From NCBI GenBank assembly GCA_964234715.1, contig OZ174275.1: a stretch of 64,000 nt of DNA. The stretch is one strand, 5' to 3'. Below are positions 1 through 11,820 of the stretch, piece after piece. The first letter of the stretch is position 1. The number at the start of each line of letters is the position of its first letter. A model generated the notes under the pieces. The model did not search any database, was not told the DNA's origin, and worked only from the letters and a program-made list of their open reading frames with translations. A program made the position numbers and the translations under genes. This stretch comes from Podarcis melisellensis (Eukaryota).

Positions 1-508
1 CTGCGTCTGTGTACAGCTGCTTCAATCCAAAGGCAAATTCAAAACAGCCTCTGCTTGTGAGCCTGTGCTACTTTGCTTATCTGCAGCTGCTTCAAACCTC
101 ATTCCAAAGGCAAGTTCATAAGCGAAAGTTCTCAAGTGCTTTGTCTATGCTGCCTTAATTCCGCTGCGTCACTACTCTCTGCAGCTGCTTTACTCCAATA
201 GCATTTCTAAAAGTTACTTTCGATTTCCCCCAGCATAGGAAAGTGTTGCTTTTAGCCATTTGCCTGTGCCTCGGCAAAACCGGCTATAAAAGTTCAAAGT
301 CCAGCCATAAAGCCATTAATTAGAAGCTGGCAGGCTGCCCGGAGCAGTAGCACATACCTCACATCAATCATTTTGACGCGCAGAGCAGATACCGTGCGAT
401 CCGTCCCTCTGCCGCTGTTCCGATCCTCTGCCGGCACTCCGTTTCTTTGCTCCTTTGTTCCTTTGCCAGGAGCCCGACTTCTGGAGTCCATTCTCAAAAC
501 ACTGCGTT
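1..508 (-). mobile_element. ERV internal leader (continues beyond window start)
   Basis: CpG-richer than the flanks. Strong splice donor GAG|GTATGT at 357/356, about 150 nt after the PBS. Degenerate repeats with a CAGCTGCTT core at 14, 84 and 182. Confidence 0.55.
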
Positions 509-526
509 TTTCTGGGCCCGGAACCA
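509..526 (-). promoter_or_regulatory. Primer-binding site, degenerate tRNA-Glu-like
   Basis: TGGTTCCGGGCCCAGAAA lies 2 nt after the LTR CA; 13/18 match to the tRNA-Glu(CUC) PBS TGGTTCCCTGACCGGGAA as I recall it. Confidence 0.55.
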
Positions 527-528
527 AA

Positions 529-872
529 TGTTGATGATAAGCAGTGTCCAGTGCACAGCGGAATGATGAAAAATACGTGCCAACATGCTCTATATTGCTT
601 TATTTACATTTCAAAGCTGATATGTTACAGAAAAACATCTTGCCTCTGCCGGAGCAGAGAAAGGCATCCTCTCTCCTCTAAAGCACGGAGAGAATCTCAA
701 ACTGAAACTGCCAAGAACAGTGAAAAACAGGAAACCAGTGTACGTCACATCCAGTCTCCATTCCCGTGGGAAACCCAACAGTGCATTTACTGTGGAATGT
801 AAACAACCTGTCTCGTGACAAACACTTCGCTGCACAGAGAAGAAAGCAGAAACCAACAAGGACTTGGCCACA
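529..872 (-). mobile_element. 5' LTR (344 bp) of an ERV/LTR retroelement, antisense to STXBP6
   Basis: Minus strand reads TGTGGCC...ATCAACA (TG...CA). AATAAA at 604-599, 70 nt before the end. Immediately followed by TT + TGG PBS-like sequence. The 872 boundary is less certain than the 529 boundary. Confidence 0.7.
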
Positions 873-1064
873 CGAGTGCTTTTGTTCATTCCCTGGGCTG
901 CTGATCCTAGAATAATGGAATTCTAAAGCTGGATGTAACCCAGAGAGTCATGTAGTCCAACCTCCTACTGTGCAGGAATCACAGTTACCTGAGATATCTA
1001 AGGTTCCCTGTAAATGCTGGAAGAACTGAGACACTTCCTTCTTCTCTGCCTAAGATAACAACTT

Positions 1065-1208
1065 TTATCAGTTGCTGGAAGCCACAGAAGGGAAGACAGC
1101 TCCTGCTCATGGGTCTTGCTTGTGGACACAAGGATCTGGTTGGCTACTGTGAGAACAGAAGTCTTGATTAGATGGGCCATTGGCCTGATCCAGCAGGCTC
1201 TTCTTATA
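1065..1208 (+). mobile_element. CR1-type LINE 3' end fragment
   Basis: ATCTGGTTGGCTACTGTGAGAACAG...GATGGGCCATTGGCCTGATCCAGCAGGCTCTTCTTAT motif; related copies at about 18550 and 55040. Confidence 0.65.
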
Positions 1209-1881
1209 TGCTGCCCTTGGCAGAGTCTCTTGCATCAGGGGGCATAAAAAGCCTGCACCCTTGGGCAGCAGGCTTGCCTTGGCACGGGTGACACCAAAGG
1301 GAGTCTGTGGGAAGGGGAAAGCAGACTTGTGAATCCCCTTTCAGTTTCAACCATGATGGTTGGGTAGGTATAAAGCATGTGTTTCTCCTACACAGGGTGG
1401 GAGCCTTTGCAGTGAATTGTCTGTCAGAAGAAAGTTGCCAGATGTCCTCAGAGTGGGAGTCTAATTGGCAGAAGGTTGGCCTTTCCTGGGTGTGAGCCAA
1501 GGTTGGAGCACATGTGCTTTTGTGTGGTCGGGACTGTGTGGATCGTGTGCTTTTAGCAAAACTGTTCTAACCTGTCAGATATCTTCTGGGATAATTGGCT
1601 GATTGCAGTAAATATTTTTTTGTCGGGGGGAGGGTCTGTTGTTTACATTATGTGCATGGGAGCAGCTGTTTGGCAAGGGTTGGACATTGGTGATGCCACC
1701 TCAGTTTCAGTGAACATGTGTAGGGGATACACACGGATGTGATAAGTCACCATGGAAGGAGAGAGCAAGGCTTATTTATACATTGTTCCTTGCTCCCACC
1801 CCTTCCGTGGTTGGGTTACTAGTTGCTTGCCTGCTGTGACCACCAGCCTATGTGTCTTGGTGTTTAATGCCAAATTGGCAT

Positions 1882-1925
1882 ATCATAGATTCATAGAATC
1901 ATAGTTGGAAGGAAAGATCTGGGGT
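1882..1925 (-). mobile_element. CR1 3' terminal octamer-repeat remnant
   Basis: ATCATAGATTCATAGAATCATAGTTGGAAGG is the reverse complement of the CR1 (ATTCTATG)n tail and flank. Confidence 0.55.
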
Positions 1926-4146
1926 TTATTACTGAGACATATTTGACCCCCCTGTGCCCATCCAGATACTCATAGGGTGTGGGGTGGGGTGTGACTGTGG
2001 TCCACAGGACTTCCATCTCCGTTAACAGGAAACCTCTCTGTCTTGGAGCTGACTTTGAGGACCTGCACCTGGTATCAGGCCCAGGAGACAGGAAACTAGG
2101 GTTACTGTGATGTACTGTCAATGCTGCTGTCAGCAGCTTCTCTTACCAAACTGGTGGAGAAAGTTTTGGAGGGTAGTGTTGGAGTAATTCAACTTGCATG
2201 ATGAGTCTGCCTCTAGTATTCTGGCTCAGGACTCCATGATGAGCTGGGGGACGGGATATCACCACGTTGTCATGGTCGTTCAAGTTCCTGGTGAACTTTG
2301 AACTTATGGCTCCAATCCCCATCCCCACCCCCTTGCTGATTTGGGGAATGGAGATTTAGAATTTTAGGAAGCCCACTGTGACTTGTTTGCCAGACACTTT
2401 GACGGTAGGATTGCCTGCCTCCATATCAATTTTGACCCCACATCCATATACTGTAGTGTTTAGGGTAGCTGACCTTATCCTACAGATGCTACAGGACCAT
2501 AGCTCCCATCATCCTTGACTATTGGCCATGTTGACTGGGGCTATTGTAAAAACTGAAGGATCACATGCTATCTACCCCTTGTTTAAGTAACGGTTGGTAA
2601 GGTGGGGGAGATGGCTTGACTGTGTAGCTGAACTGGAAGGTGTCCTGTTCCTGGATAGGTAAGTCATAGTCATTTGGAAGTTCACTGTCTACCCAGTTTA
2701 GACTAACTAGGAATGAGTGGTAACAAGGCAAAGGACAGTTTGCAAGTGGCCTTCCCTCAGGGCCATCTCTGAAATGGTTGCCCTCCAGCTCCACACAGAG
2801 CCATTAAAAGAGCACTACAGAGAAATGGAGAGGAAAAGAAAGCATAGTTTAAATATAGAAACTGTGCTTCTGCTTTCTGGTACTTTATTATTCTGAGGAT
2901 ATCCAGTTCCAGGACACCATTGCATCTCATTTTAAGAAACTGTTTGTCTTTATGTATCCTTTCTAGACTGTATGAGAAACACGCTTCAGTCCCTCAAATG
3001 ATTTATTCCAGAAGAGTTAATGGTGAAGTCAGTGGAATTCTTATTTGGCTTCTGTCAATATATTAACTGAGAATTATAGACTTGGAAGTAAAACACACTT
3101 CATTCGCTACGGACTCCTTTCTCAGACCTGTCTCCCTGCATCTGACGTACCCTAGTTCTTGTGAAGCCTTCTGCTTAAGCCCCAAACCTGCTAAGACTCT
3201 AAACTAGATCCTGCAAGAACACTGAATACTTATCTCTGACTAGTGCTGTGCATAGTCAGTGTGATTTCTTTCACTGCTTTCCTAAGGACTCTAATGAGCA
3301 GACCATTGAAAATAAATGGAGAGTGCGGGAAGATGTAGATAGAGCTTGTATGCATTGCTGTTTTTCATCCCCCTAAATGGAAGGAGGCAAGGAGAGCATT
3401 TCCCATGTATTCATTGCAAATGCTTTCAGGACTGTATTATTGATGCCTCATATCTACCCTTTCTGATAATTACACCACATTAAGCCATCAAAAAGATGAC
3501 AGGACTTAACAGAAATGAATTTCATCATAGTAAACAGGACAACACATGGGTGAATACCCTGACTGGAGGAACAAATGCCTAAAGTAAACCTGATTATAGC
3601 ATAATCATCATTAGATTTTTGTTACTTCAGAAGGTGATCCTCTTTTCTAGCTTGAACACACTATTGTGACATAACCAGACCACTGATTATATTGCACCCC
3701 TTTCAATAATTCTGCATCCAGTGGTAATAAATCACATTTTGTTTTAGGTTTTCTTGATTTTTAAGAAAGAACTGTTTGTAACACCTTTCTCTGTTCATAG
3801 ACAATACATGTTTATGAACACAGAAGTAATTATTGTGATAATTCCAATATGCAAGTAAAAATAATAATACTCTTGTCAGATAAATGTCTATAATTCTTAT
3901 GACTGTGCACATTTTTAAAAATGTCAAGTTACTTGCTTCCATTGCTGCCTAGCTTTCTTTATTATTTTTCTCCTACATATTTATTTTGTTTGGGTTTTGG
4001 ACTTTTCTCCCAGTGGTGAGCTTCCTATCCAGGTTGGATGTTGCATGGCACCTTATATTTAAACAAACCAACTGAAGACATTAATGAATGCCAATATGTT
4101 CTTAATACTTCTTAATTCAGAGTAATGCAATTTTGATATCCTACAG

Positions 4147-4284
4147 CAGGGTTGGCTAACCTGTGGCCATCCAAATGTTGATGGACTCTAACTCCTATCA
4201 GTTTCAGCCGGCAAGGCCAATGGTCTGGGTTGAAGGGAGTTGTAGTTCACCAGCACCTGGAGAACTATAAATTAACGAACCCAT
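4147..4284. mobile_element. Palindromic hAT-like MITE (ACTACAACTCCCATC family)
   Basis: CAGGGTTGGCTAACC start with internal inverted arms ACTCTAACTCC / GGGAGTTGTAGT; many related copies in the window. Confidence 0.6.
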
Positions 4285-4334
4285 CCTATTGATTACCAGC
4301 AGCACCTCTGATCGCCAGGGGTGCATGTTTCCCT

Positions 4335-4970
4335 GTAGCTGGTATTCAGAGGCGTCTAGTCTTTGATCTTGGTGGTAGTGTATAGCCCTTGTGACTGGTA
4401 GCACTTGATAGCCGTATCCACCATAAGCTTGTCCAATTCCTTTTTTAAAGTTATCCTTGTATCTTAGTATTGTCATTACATCTTGGGGTAGCAAATGCAT
4501 GCAGGTCCTGCTATCCAAATGCTCATACAAAAATTTGCTTATTGAAACATGAGGAACTAGTACTCAAACCTCACCACACGCACCACAGATTCAGATATCC
4601 AAACAGCTGTACCAGCATGTAGGACTGTAAACAATTAAGCAGCCTTAAACAACCCTTAATTTTTGTGCTTCACAGATCCATGGCATGTATTTCACCAGAA
4701 ATCATGCCTTTTGCAAGGTTTCAGAGGGCTTCCCAGGGTTTTCTGTAATTTTGGGGTCAAAATTCTATGGTCAGGAGCACATTAGAAATTTCACCATAGG
4801 AATCAGTGGAAATCATAAACTCATTATGTGAACACTCGCCTAACAAACAATTTCCTGAGAAAGCATTGTGTTTGGATAGTAAGACCTGTGTGTACAATAA
4901 ATTATATGCTGTGAAAAGTAGTACTTCCTTCTGTCTGTTTGTATCTTCTCACCATTAGTTTAATTGCATG
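4335..4970 (-). mobile_element. CR1 ORF2 end/3' UTR fragment, split by a Tigger-like MITE
   Basis: Minus-strand translation LPQDVM...FKKG resembles the CR1 ORF2 C-terminus; CR1-like sequence resumes after 4890 (AAGTAGTACTTCCTT). Confidence 0.6.
4502..4888. mobile_element. Old Tigger/pogo-like MITE
   Basis: TIRs CAGGTCCTGCTATCCAAA / TTTGGATAGTAAGACCTG match at 16/18. Confidence 0.6.
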
Positions 4971-5980
4971 ATAGAACAGAGTGCAAGATAAAGTGCTAAG
5001 TGGTGGTACAGTACTAGTGAGTTGTACCATGCATGTGAAATGGAAAGCATTGACTACAATGGGAAAATGAAAAGTTGCATAATTTACTCAAATGTGGAAT
5101 AACCAGGCACCAGGAAAATCCAGGCAAACATGTTTGAATCATAGCACTGACATGCTTGTTTAATGGCTGATGTTATGGCTGGGGAAAGGATTTTGAACAC
5201 CTGAAGACCTGCGGCTTATCTGCCCATTTTCTAAATGGAATGAATTATAAATATAAAAACTTCTGTTTATAATTCATGCAGTAGAAATTTAAAGTGCCCA
5301 TTAGTTAAACCATAACAATTATTGCCATTATTTCTGTTTGAAATCCTGTGAAAACCAGTGCCGTATAATTATTCATTATTTAAACTTTAAAAAATAGCTC
5401 TGCCTGATAATTTGCTTGGAAAGAGGAAAGGAAAGAAAGCATTTCCACACCTCTTGCTGGAAAAAAAGCCTTTAAATTATGTTTTAGAATTGGACAGCAG
5501 GAGAGAACAGAATTGTTTGGAAATTGCTGCTGCTGGGGTTTTTTATGGCATTCTTGTAAAATCCCCAACAGTATTTAAGAGAGATTTATTGCATCTCTGG
5601 GTGAAAGTGTCAACTCAAATGACTTCCCTTTCTTCCTAATGTGTGTCCTGTTATGTGAATGTTAATAATAGCACCAAAGCTTGAAGGTGATCATTATCTC
5701 TCGGAGGATGCTAAAACCACCACTGGGGGGGTTGGGGGTTTCTTAAAAACAAAAAACAAAAACCAATTAAAATGTCTTAAATCTAGACAAAACTTGACAA
5801 ATTATAAGGACCAAAAAGGCTACTTCTGACAATGTAGTTTTAAAACCCGTTCTCTTAATAACCCGTGGTAGTGGGATGAGAGAAATAAGGAGAGCTTGAC
5901 TGATCTGATTCTATTTAATGAAAAATGTGCTTGTGTTGACTATCATGCCATTGCTCAGGGAGTGTGTGATTGAGCCCTGC

Positions 5981-6117
5981 CTGAAATAGCCAACCAGTAC
6001 CCTCCAGATGTTGCAGAACTACAATTCCCACAATCCCTGGCCATCTGGTCATGCTAGCTGGGGCTGATAGGATTGTAGTTTAGCAATATCTGGAGGGCCA
6101 CAGGTTAGTCACTTCAG
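5981..6117. mobile_element. Palindromic hAT-like MITE
   Basis: Arms CCCTCCAGATGTTGCAGAACTACAAT / ATTGTAGTTTAGCAATATCTGGAGGG. Confidence 0.65.
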
Positions 6118-6182
6118 CAATAATACAGGGAAAGTTCAGCTACAGGGAAAACTCAGTGATGCCAAATGATTCAAAACACTGT

Positions 6183-6290
6183 GTCTTAGCCTAGCCTACA
6201 TCACAGTTGTTGTGAAGATAAAAGAGGAAGCCCCATACATGCCACCTTGTGCTCCTTGGAGGGAAAGCAGAATATAAATAAATTAAAAAT
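6183..6290 (+). mobile_element. Squamate CORE-type SINE 3' fragment
   Basis: CTTAGCCTAGCCTACATCACAGTTGTTGTGAAGATAAA...GCCACCTTGTGCTCCTTGGAGG...ATAAATAAA. Confidence 0.5.
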
Positions 6291-8844
6291 GGTGAAGAAA
6301 TGCCCTGGCTTTTTACTCTTCCCGGTTCAGGGCAGCTGTGACTGTCTTCTCAGTTCAGGAGCAAAAGCAGTTTCCATTTCTGAGCACAAAGGGAATGACA
6401 TGGCACTGTATTTTTCTTTGGCTTGGGTGGCTGCAAATATGTGGAGTCCTGGCTTTCATGTCAGCCATCCTAATTTTGGAAGTGATTTTGTGGACTTTTA
6501 TATCTCATCTGTGCAGGGCAGTTAAAGATGCAGCTGATCACCAGTGCCTGATTGTAGGTACAGTACTGTACTAGCAAAACTGTGATTGACAGGGGTGTGG
6601 CCTGTCAAAATGGCTTGCAGGGCATCTGGCCCGCCATTTGGCAATGATTCCCCCCCCCTCCCCTTGTGTGATCACCCAGCTTCAACCCCCACATCCTTTT
6701 CAGTGTGTTGAAGTGCTGCCAGTGATTCCTCCCCCTTCCCCCAGTCATTCAGTTATTCAGACAAGATGGGTCCCTGGCTTCTTGGCCACTTTTGCTGGGA
6801 GCCTAAGCATGCCATGCATTGTCCCAACACAGAGACCCTTCTGCTTAGTGTCTTTTATATATTGACAGTGGGTTGAGTTCTTAAAAGGTTTCAAAGCCCC
6901 TGGAAACTTATTTGCTGCACCAGCATTTAAGTGCTTAGAATGGGATGCAGCACTCCCTATTATTCCCTTAAACCTGGCATTACATCAGTACTGCAGTGTC
7001 TTAACTCCTGGGGGCAAATGTTTTTAGGGCAGGAGTTTAATAGCACCTCTTGAAATTGTACTTATCCTTTTAAACAGTGCGTTCTGAAAACTGTAACATT
7101 CGGGTATCAACTAGTTATTGATGTTGCTTGGCTGTTGAAATAGTGCAGTGGAGGGGAGGCTATTTAGAGGGGGGAAGGAATTGTGCCAAAGCTCCTTGTC
7201 TTGTATTCTTCTTATCTTGACTTGGAAGATTGTCATGCCATTGCTGCAGGGCTCAGATAGGAAAGGAAAGAGTTCCGAGTCTGACCCCTGCAGACAGTCG
7301 TGGCATGTAATACAAATGTGCAGTTCAGCCAAACCCTGACAAACAGTGATAAATTGCTCTAATCCTGCGCTTCCCTTCCCCACCTGCTCAGATTGGCCTC
7401 TCCTGGCCCCAGTTAGGTGATAAATAAGGAAAGCTACTAATAGAGAAAGCTGAGGCAGAGGAGACGGATGCTTCACTCAGTGGGCAATGTCCTCTAGAAG
7501 AATTGGAGCTACTCCCACCCTCCTGCTTCAAAGGAAATAAAAATGCTGTTTGACACCATATTAGAAAATGCGCTGAAATGCATGTTAGAAAATATGCAGC
7601 ACATAAGGTATGAAAGTGATAAATCCCACCCTTTTTAAACCATGACTGTCACTTTGCTAAAATCAGCAGAACAAACAAACAAGATTGAATTAAAGAATTA
7701 TGTTCCACAAGTCAAGAGGTTACATAACTTAAGCAGCAAAGAATATTGAGCTGTGACCGAGGAAATTCTTGGTTCAAATCTTTATAGATGGTCCTGCTGG
7801 TTCCTCAGCCCCCCCCCTCCACCTGCTGTATGAAAGGTTAATTTTTCCACACTTTTCTCTCACTTTCTGTTTTTTTGCAGGCAGGCCAAAGCTTCTCTTT
7901 TCCAGAGGGCATATACCTTGACTGAATTTTAAGCCTTATTGCTGTGTTTTTAGTCCACTGCATTTTACTGGATTGCTGTTGGATTTTCCTGGTGTTTGGG
8001 ACTGTTTGTTTCTTTTGAGCTCAATTAACGCTTCACAGTACTGTAGTACTCCTCAGGCGTTCCTCCCCTCACGTGATTAATGGCAGTGAAGGGACTCCAA
8101 AGCCCTGCTCACTCTGTCACGAAATTGTTTACTGTGTGAGGTAGTAGGGGACTAGTTTTCATTGTTTTCTTACATCAGTCTCCTGCCTTTCTTCTGTGAG
8201 GAAGGCAACGTACATCTCAGACTTGATTCGCTTCAGGTGCCCTTGAACCATACATTGGGTCTGCTTTAACGACTGCTTTCAGCACTTTTTCTGCAGAGTG
8301 GTATATAAGTTTTAGTAGCAGCAGTAGTGATAACGTATTGTAGAGTAGTTGCAATGCTATCCATGTGTTCCTCAGCCTAAAGGAGCAACATTTGTACTAA
8401 ATGGCTGTGGGGCCACTAATGTTTAGCCGTGCCCTTGAGTACTACACTGCTTCTCTCTGCCTCCAGAGTTGAGGGATAACTTATGAAGAGCCAGTGGTAT
8501 GGGTTTTCTGTATGATTTAAAATCTTGATCTCGCAATATATTACGGGGGGGGGGACACAGGACAGAAAAGGTTCCCCACTTTATCCCTGAATATCCTTGA
8601 TGTGAAATGAGGTGAAGTGTACATTGGGGGCAGAGCTAAACGCACAGCCCTGCAGCCCCTCTTCGGCACAAAAGTAAAGTTCTTTGAACACTTGAAATAT
8701 GCAAGAAATTCTTAAGCGACTTTTTGCTATGGTTTAGTATTACTTGGTTCCTGCTAACGAGAGAATTCATTCCTATTGATGTGATATTCTGAGATACTCA
8801 TTTATTACTTACAGCAGTGGTGGGGACATTTTATCCATCTAGAT

Positions 8845-8977
8845 CATCGTTTCTCAACCTTTACTCCGCAGGTGTTGGACTACAACTCCCATCATCCCCA
8901 ACCACTGATCCGGCTAGCTAAGGATAATGGGAGTTGTAGGCCCACCACATCTGGTGACCCAAGGTTGAGAAAGATTG
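8845..8977. mobile_element. Inner hAT-like MITE
   Basis: TIRs CATCGTTTCTCAACC / GGTTGAGAAAGATTG; 8-bp TSD ATCTAGAT (8837-8844) / CTCTAGAT (9080-9087). Confidence 0.7.
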
Positions 8978-8981
8978 CTCT

Positions 8982-9073
8982 TTGTTGTTGTTTAGTCGTT
9001 TAGTCGTGTCCGACTCTTTGTGACCCCATGGGCCAGAGCACGCTAGGCACTTCTGCCTTCCACTGCCTCCCAC
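8982..9073 (-). mobile_element. BovB (RTE) LINE, extreme 5'-truncated 3' end
   Basis: Highly similar to 13190-13275; (CAA)n tail on the minus strand; TSD AGATTGCTCT / AGACTGCTCT. Confidence 0.8.
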
Positions 9074-9964
9074 AGACTGCTCTAGATGCTGCTGAACTAC
9101 AACTCATTCTACCCCAGGAAGCATGGCCAAGGATGATGGGCATTGTAGTTCTGCAACATCTGGAGAGCCAAAGGTTCCCCACTCCTGACTGACAGCCTAA
9201 TATGTCTGTATTACATAATATGTCTGTACTTTTGCTATGGCCAGGAGTCCTTGCCTATAAAAACTGAAGCATTTTCTCAATTGGGTAAACTCTCTTTCAA
9301 ATTTCCATAAGGTTGGGAAATGATTTTCCTTACCTGATAATTAAATCACCGTGCATGGTTTGCTAGGCCGCATGTGTTTGGGAATTTATTCAATTAAAAC
9401 GTGCACAACTGCTTACCTTAATCAAGGATCCACACTACAAAAGAATCCCTTGTTAATCAAAGTAATTAAGCAAATTGGTGTTTTTCTTGCATGAGCAAAA
9501 TGGAAACCCCTGGTAGTTGGAAGGGAAAATAAACATGACTACATTTGTCTTGTGGTGTCTTTTTTATTACAGATTCTAAAAAGAACATATGTCTTGGGGT
9601 TTGCTCTCTTGATTGAATATGATCATGCCTGGCATATCATCAAGCCAGAAGGGTAATAAATAAATGCAACAGGTTGGACTGCAGTTTTCTGCTGCTTCCT
9701 TTTTCCAGTCCACTGTGCCCCCTGAAAAGTTGCTCAGGAAGATTGAGGGACCCTCCAGAACAGTGTGGGAAGCTGCAGGAGGAAGTAAAAATTGGCCCTC
9801 TGCCCTCTGCTGGATCAAAGTTCTCTCTAAGCATAAGGAGCCCTTCTGTTCACAGAAGGGTAAGTCTGAGGGCCAACCTGTTATGTTTCGAGAAAATTTA
9901 GTTACACAAAGCAGACGTTCATATTCAGTCACACACCTAGTGCCTGGTGTAAATTAGCCACAAA

Positions 9965-10076
9965 GGGAGAGAATCCAGCAACATTTTACTCAGTGTAGAC
10001 CCATTTAAATCAATGAATCTAAGCTCATTAATTTCAGTGACAGTTTTATGAGTAAAACTTGGTTGAAAACCACCCA
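9965..10076. mobile_element. Palindromic MITE (TTTTACTCAG..TAGACCCATT family, possibly PIF/Harbinger)
   Basis: Arms TTTTACTCA / TGAGTAAAA. Related copies near 22150-22225, 35245-35310, 36400-36520, 46570-46690 and 59657-60128. Confidence 0.5.
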
Positions 10077-10289
10077 TGCTTCCTCATTCCCAAATGAAGT
10101 TCTCAAGCATTGACTATGGGTGCTTTGAGCCAATGCACACACCAGTTCAGCTAAGCTTATGTGGATTAGTCTCCTGTAATTAAAATTGTGTCATTGGGGC
10201 TATTGGAATCAAACCAACAAACACCAAGTGCATAATGGATATGGATTGTGCTGTTCTTCACACTGAAGTCAGTTTTCAGAGGGGTTGCC

Positions 10290-10372
10290 ATGCCAGGAAT
10301 TGGGCTCCAGTCCATGAAAGCTTATGCCATAATAAAACGTGTTAGCCTTAAGTTGACACACGACATGTTTTT
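10290..10372 (+). mobile_element. Degenerate Penelope pseudo-LTR remnant
   Basis: CCATGAAAGCTTATGCCATAATAAA...GTTAGCCTTAAG resembles the Penelope terminal motif at 57361-57410. Confidence 0.5.
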
Positions 10373-11603
10373 ACATCGGTATCACTAATCATGGGCACTT
10401 TCCTCTTCCTGTGCTGCTGCTGCTGTTGTTGTTGCACTGCTAGAAAACAAGTCATGGTCCAACATAGTATTAACAGAGTTACATGGTTTGTTTCTCTCCA
10501 AATGGACCAAAAGTTTGGTTATGGGAAACAATTGTTTAGCAAAAAATAATAAGTTTAAAGGATTTAGGTAACTGGATGTTTGATGCAAACAAACGTTTTT
10601 AGAGCTTTTGTTGCAAATCAATGACAATAAAGCCGTAGCTAAAACAGTAAGTATCAAAGACATTTAATCATCATTTATTTCACTTTCTTTTTCATTAATA
10701 CTGCCTCCCCACTGCTCCCAAATTAGCTTTGTATGTGTATGGTTTTTTTATGGTAACATTATGGTGCCTTCCATTTTACAGAAACAGCTAAAGTGCAGAG
10801 GCGATAGAGGAAAAGATAACCCTTTCAGAGAATTAAAGGTGACAGAGAGAACCATTCTTGCCTAACAGGCACCATTCATCACATGGTTGCATCTGGTCAT
10901 AATACTTCCATAGTGCATCAAAAACCTGCAAAATCTATTTGGTCAGAGATTATAAAATGAAAGCATGTGCTGCCAACAGTCATCATTATCTTCTTATTTG
11001 CATGCCACTTTTCCATAGAATTATCAAATGAACAATAAACATGACTAATCAAAGCCACATTAAGAACACTTTAAAATAATCATGACGTCAGTAAATAGAG
11101 AAAATGGATCCATGCAGCAATAGATATAGATTAACATTGCATGTAGAGTAAACTAACCTATTTCAACGGCTTAAAACTAAAAGAGAATAATGCCCAACAC
11201 TGAAATGAAATGGCAATGTACAAAAATTATGTTCGTATTATACAGACATTTTTAACCCCTCTTTAAAACTTGTCTCTACCCAAGCAACACAACTTCAGTT
11301 GCATAAGACAATGTTCATTGGAGATACTGCCTAACTGAAATTACTCAATTTTTGACTATTCATGGTTGTTAATTATTAGTTTGTCCAAATCATTCTCTCC
11401 CCCCCCCCCCATTTTGCTTTTTTCCAGCTGCAGTAACGGCTTCCACCTGGAGCACATACTTACTAATATTTTCCTTTCTATTTAATTCTTCTTACTGCTA
11501 CAATACACAGAATCCTCTGCTGAATAAATGTGGAGGTGGTGTTAGGAACCACTGGTTGTGGTTACTCTTGCATAGAGTTTTTAACTACTGTGGTGTCTTA
11601 GTA

Positions 11604-11820
11604 CAGTGGTACCTCAGGTTACATATGCTTCAGGTTACAGACTCCGCTAACCCAGAAATAATACCTTGGGTAAAGAACTTAATTCGAGATAAGAACAGAA
11701 ATTGTGCAGCAGTGGCAGCAGGAGGCCCCATTAGCTAAAGTGGTGCTTCAGGTCAAGAACAGTTTCAGGTTAAGAGCAAACCTCCAGAACGAATTAAGTA
11801 CTTAACCCGAGGTACCACTG
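11604..11820 (+). mobile_element. Tc1/mariner (Tigger-like) MITE
   Basis: TA|CAGTGGTACCTC ... GAGGTACCACTG|TA. Confidence 0.9.

Larger units (their letters stand above)
8815..9187. mobile_element. Outer hAT-like MITE (host of two nested insertions)
   Basis: TIRs CAGTGGTGGGGA / TCCCCACTCCTG; 8-bp TSD ACTTACAG (8807-8814) / ACTGACAG (9188-9195). Confidence 0.75.

Noticed and set aside
2969-3305. Minus-strand solo LTR (AATAAA...ACA end at 2969)
   Set aside because: No convincing second terminus with a matching TSD.
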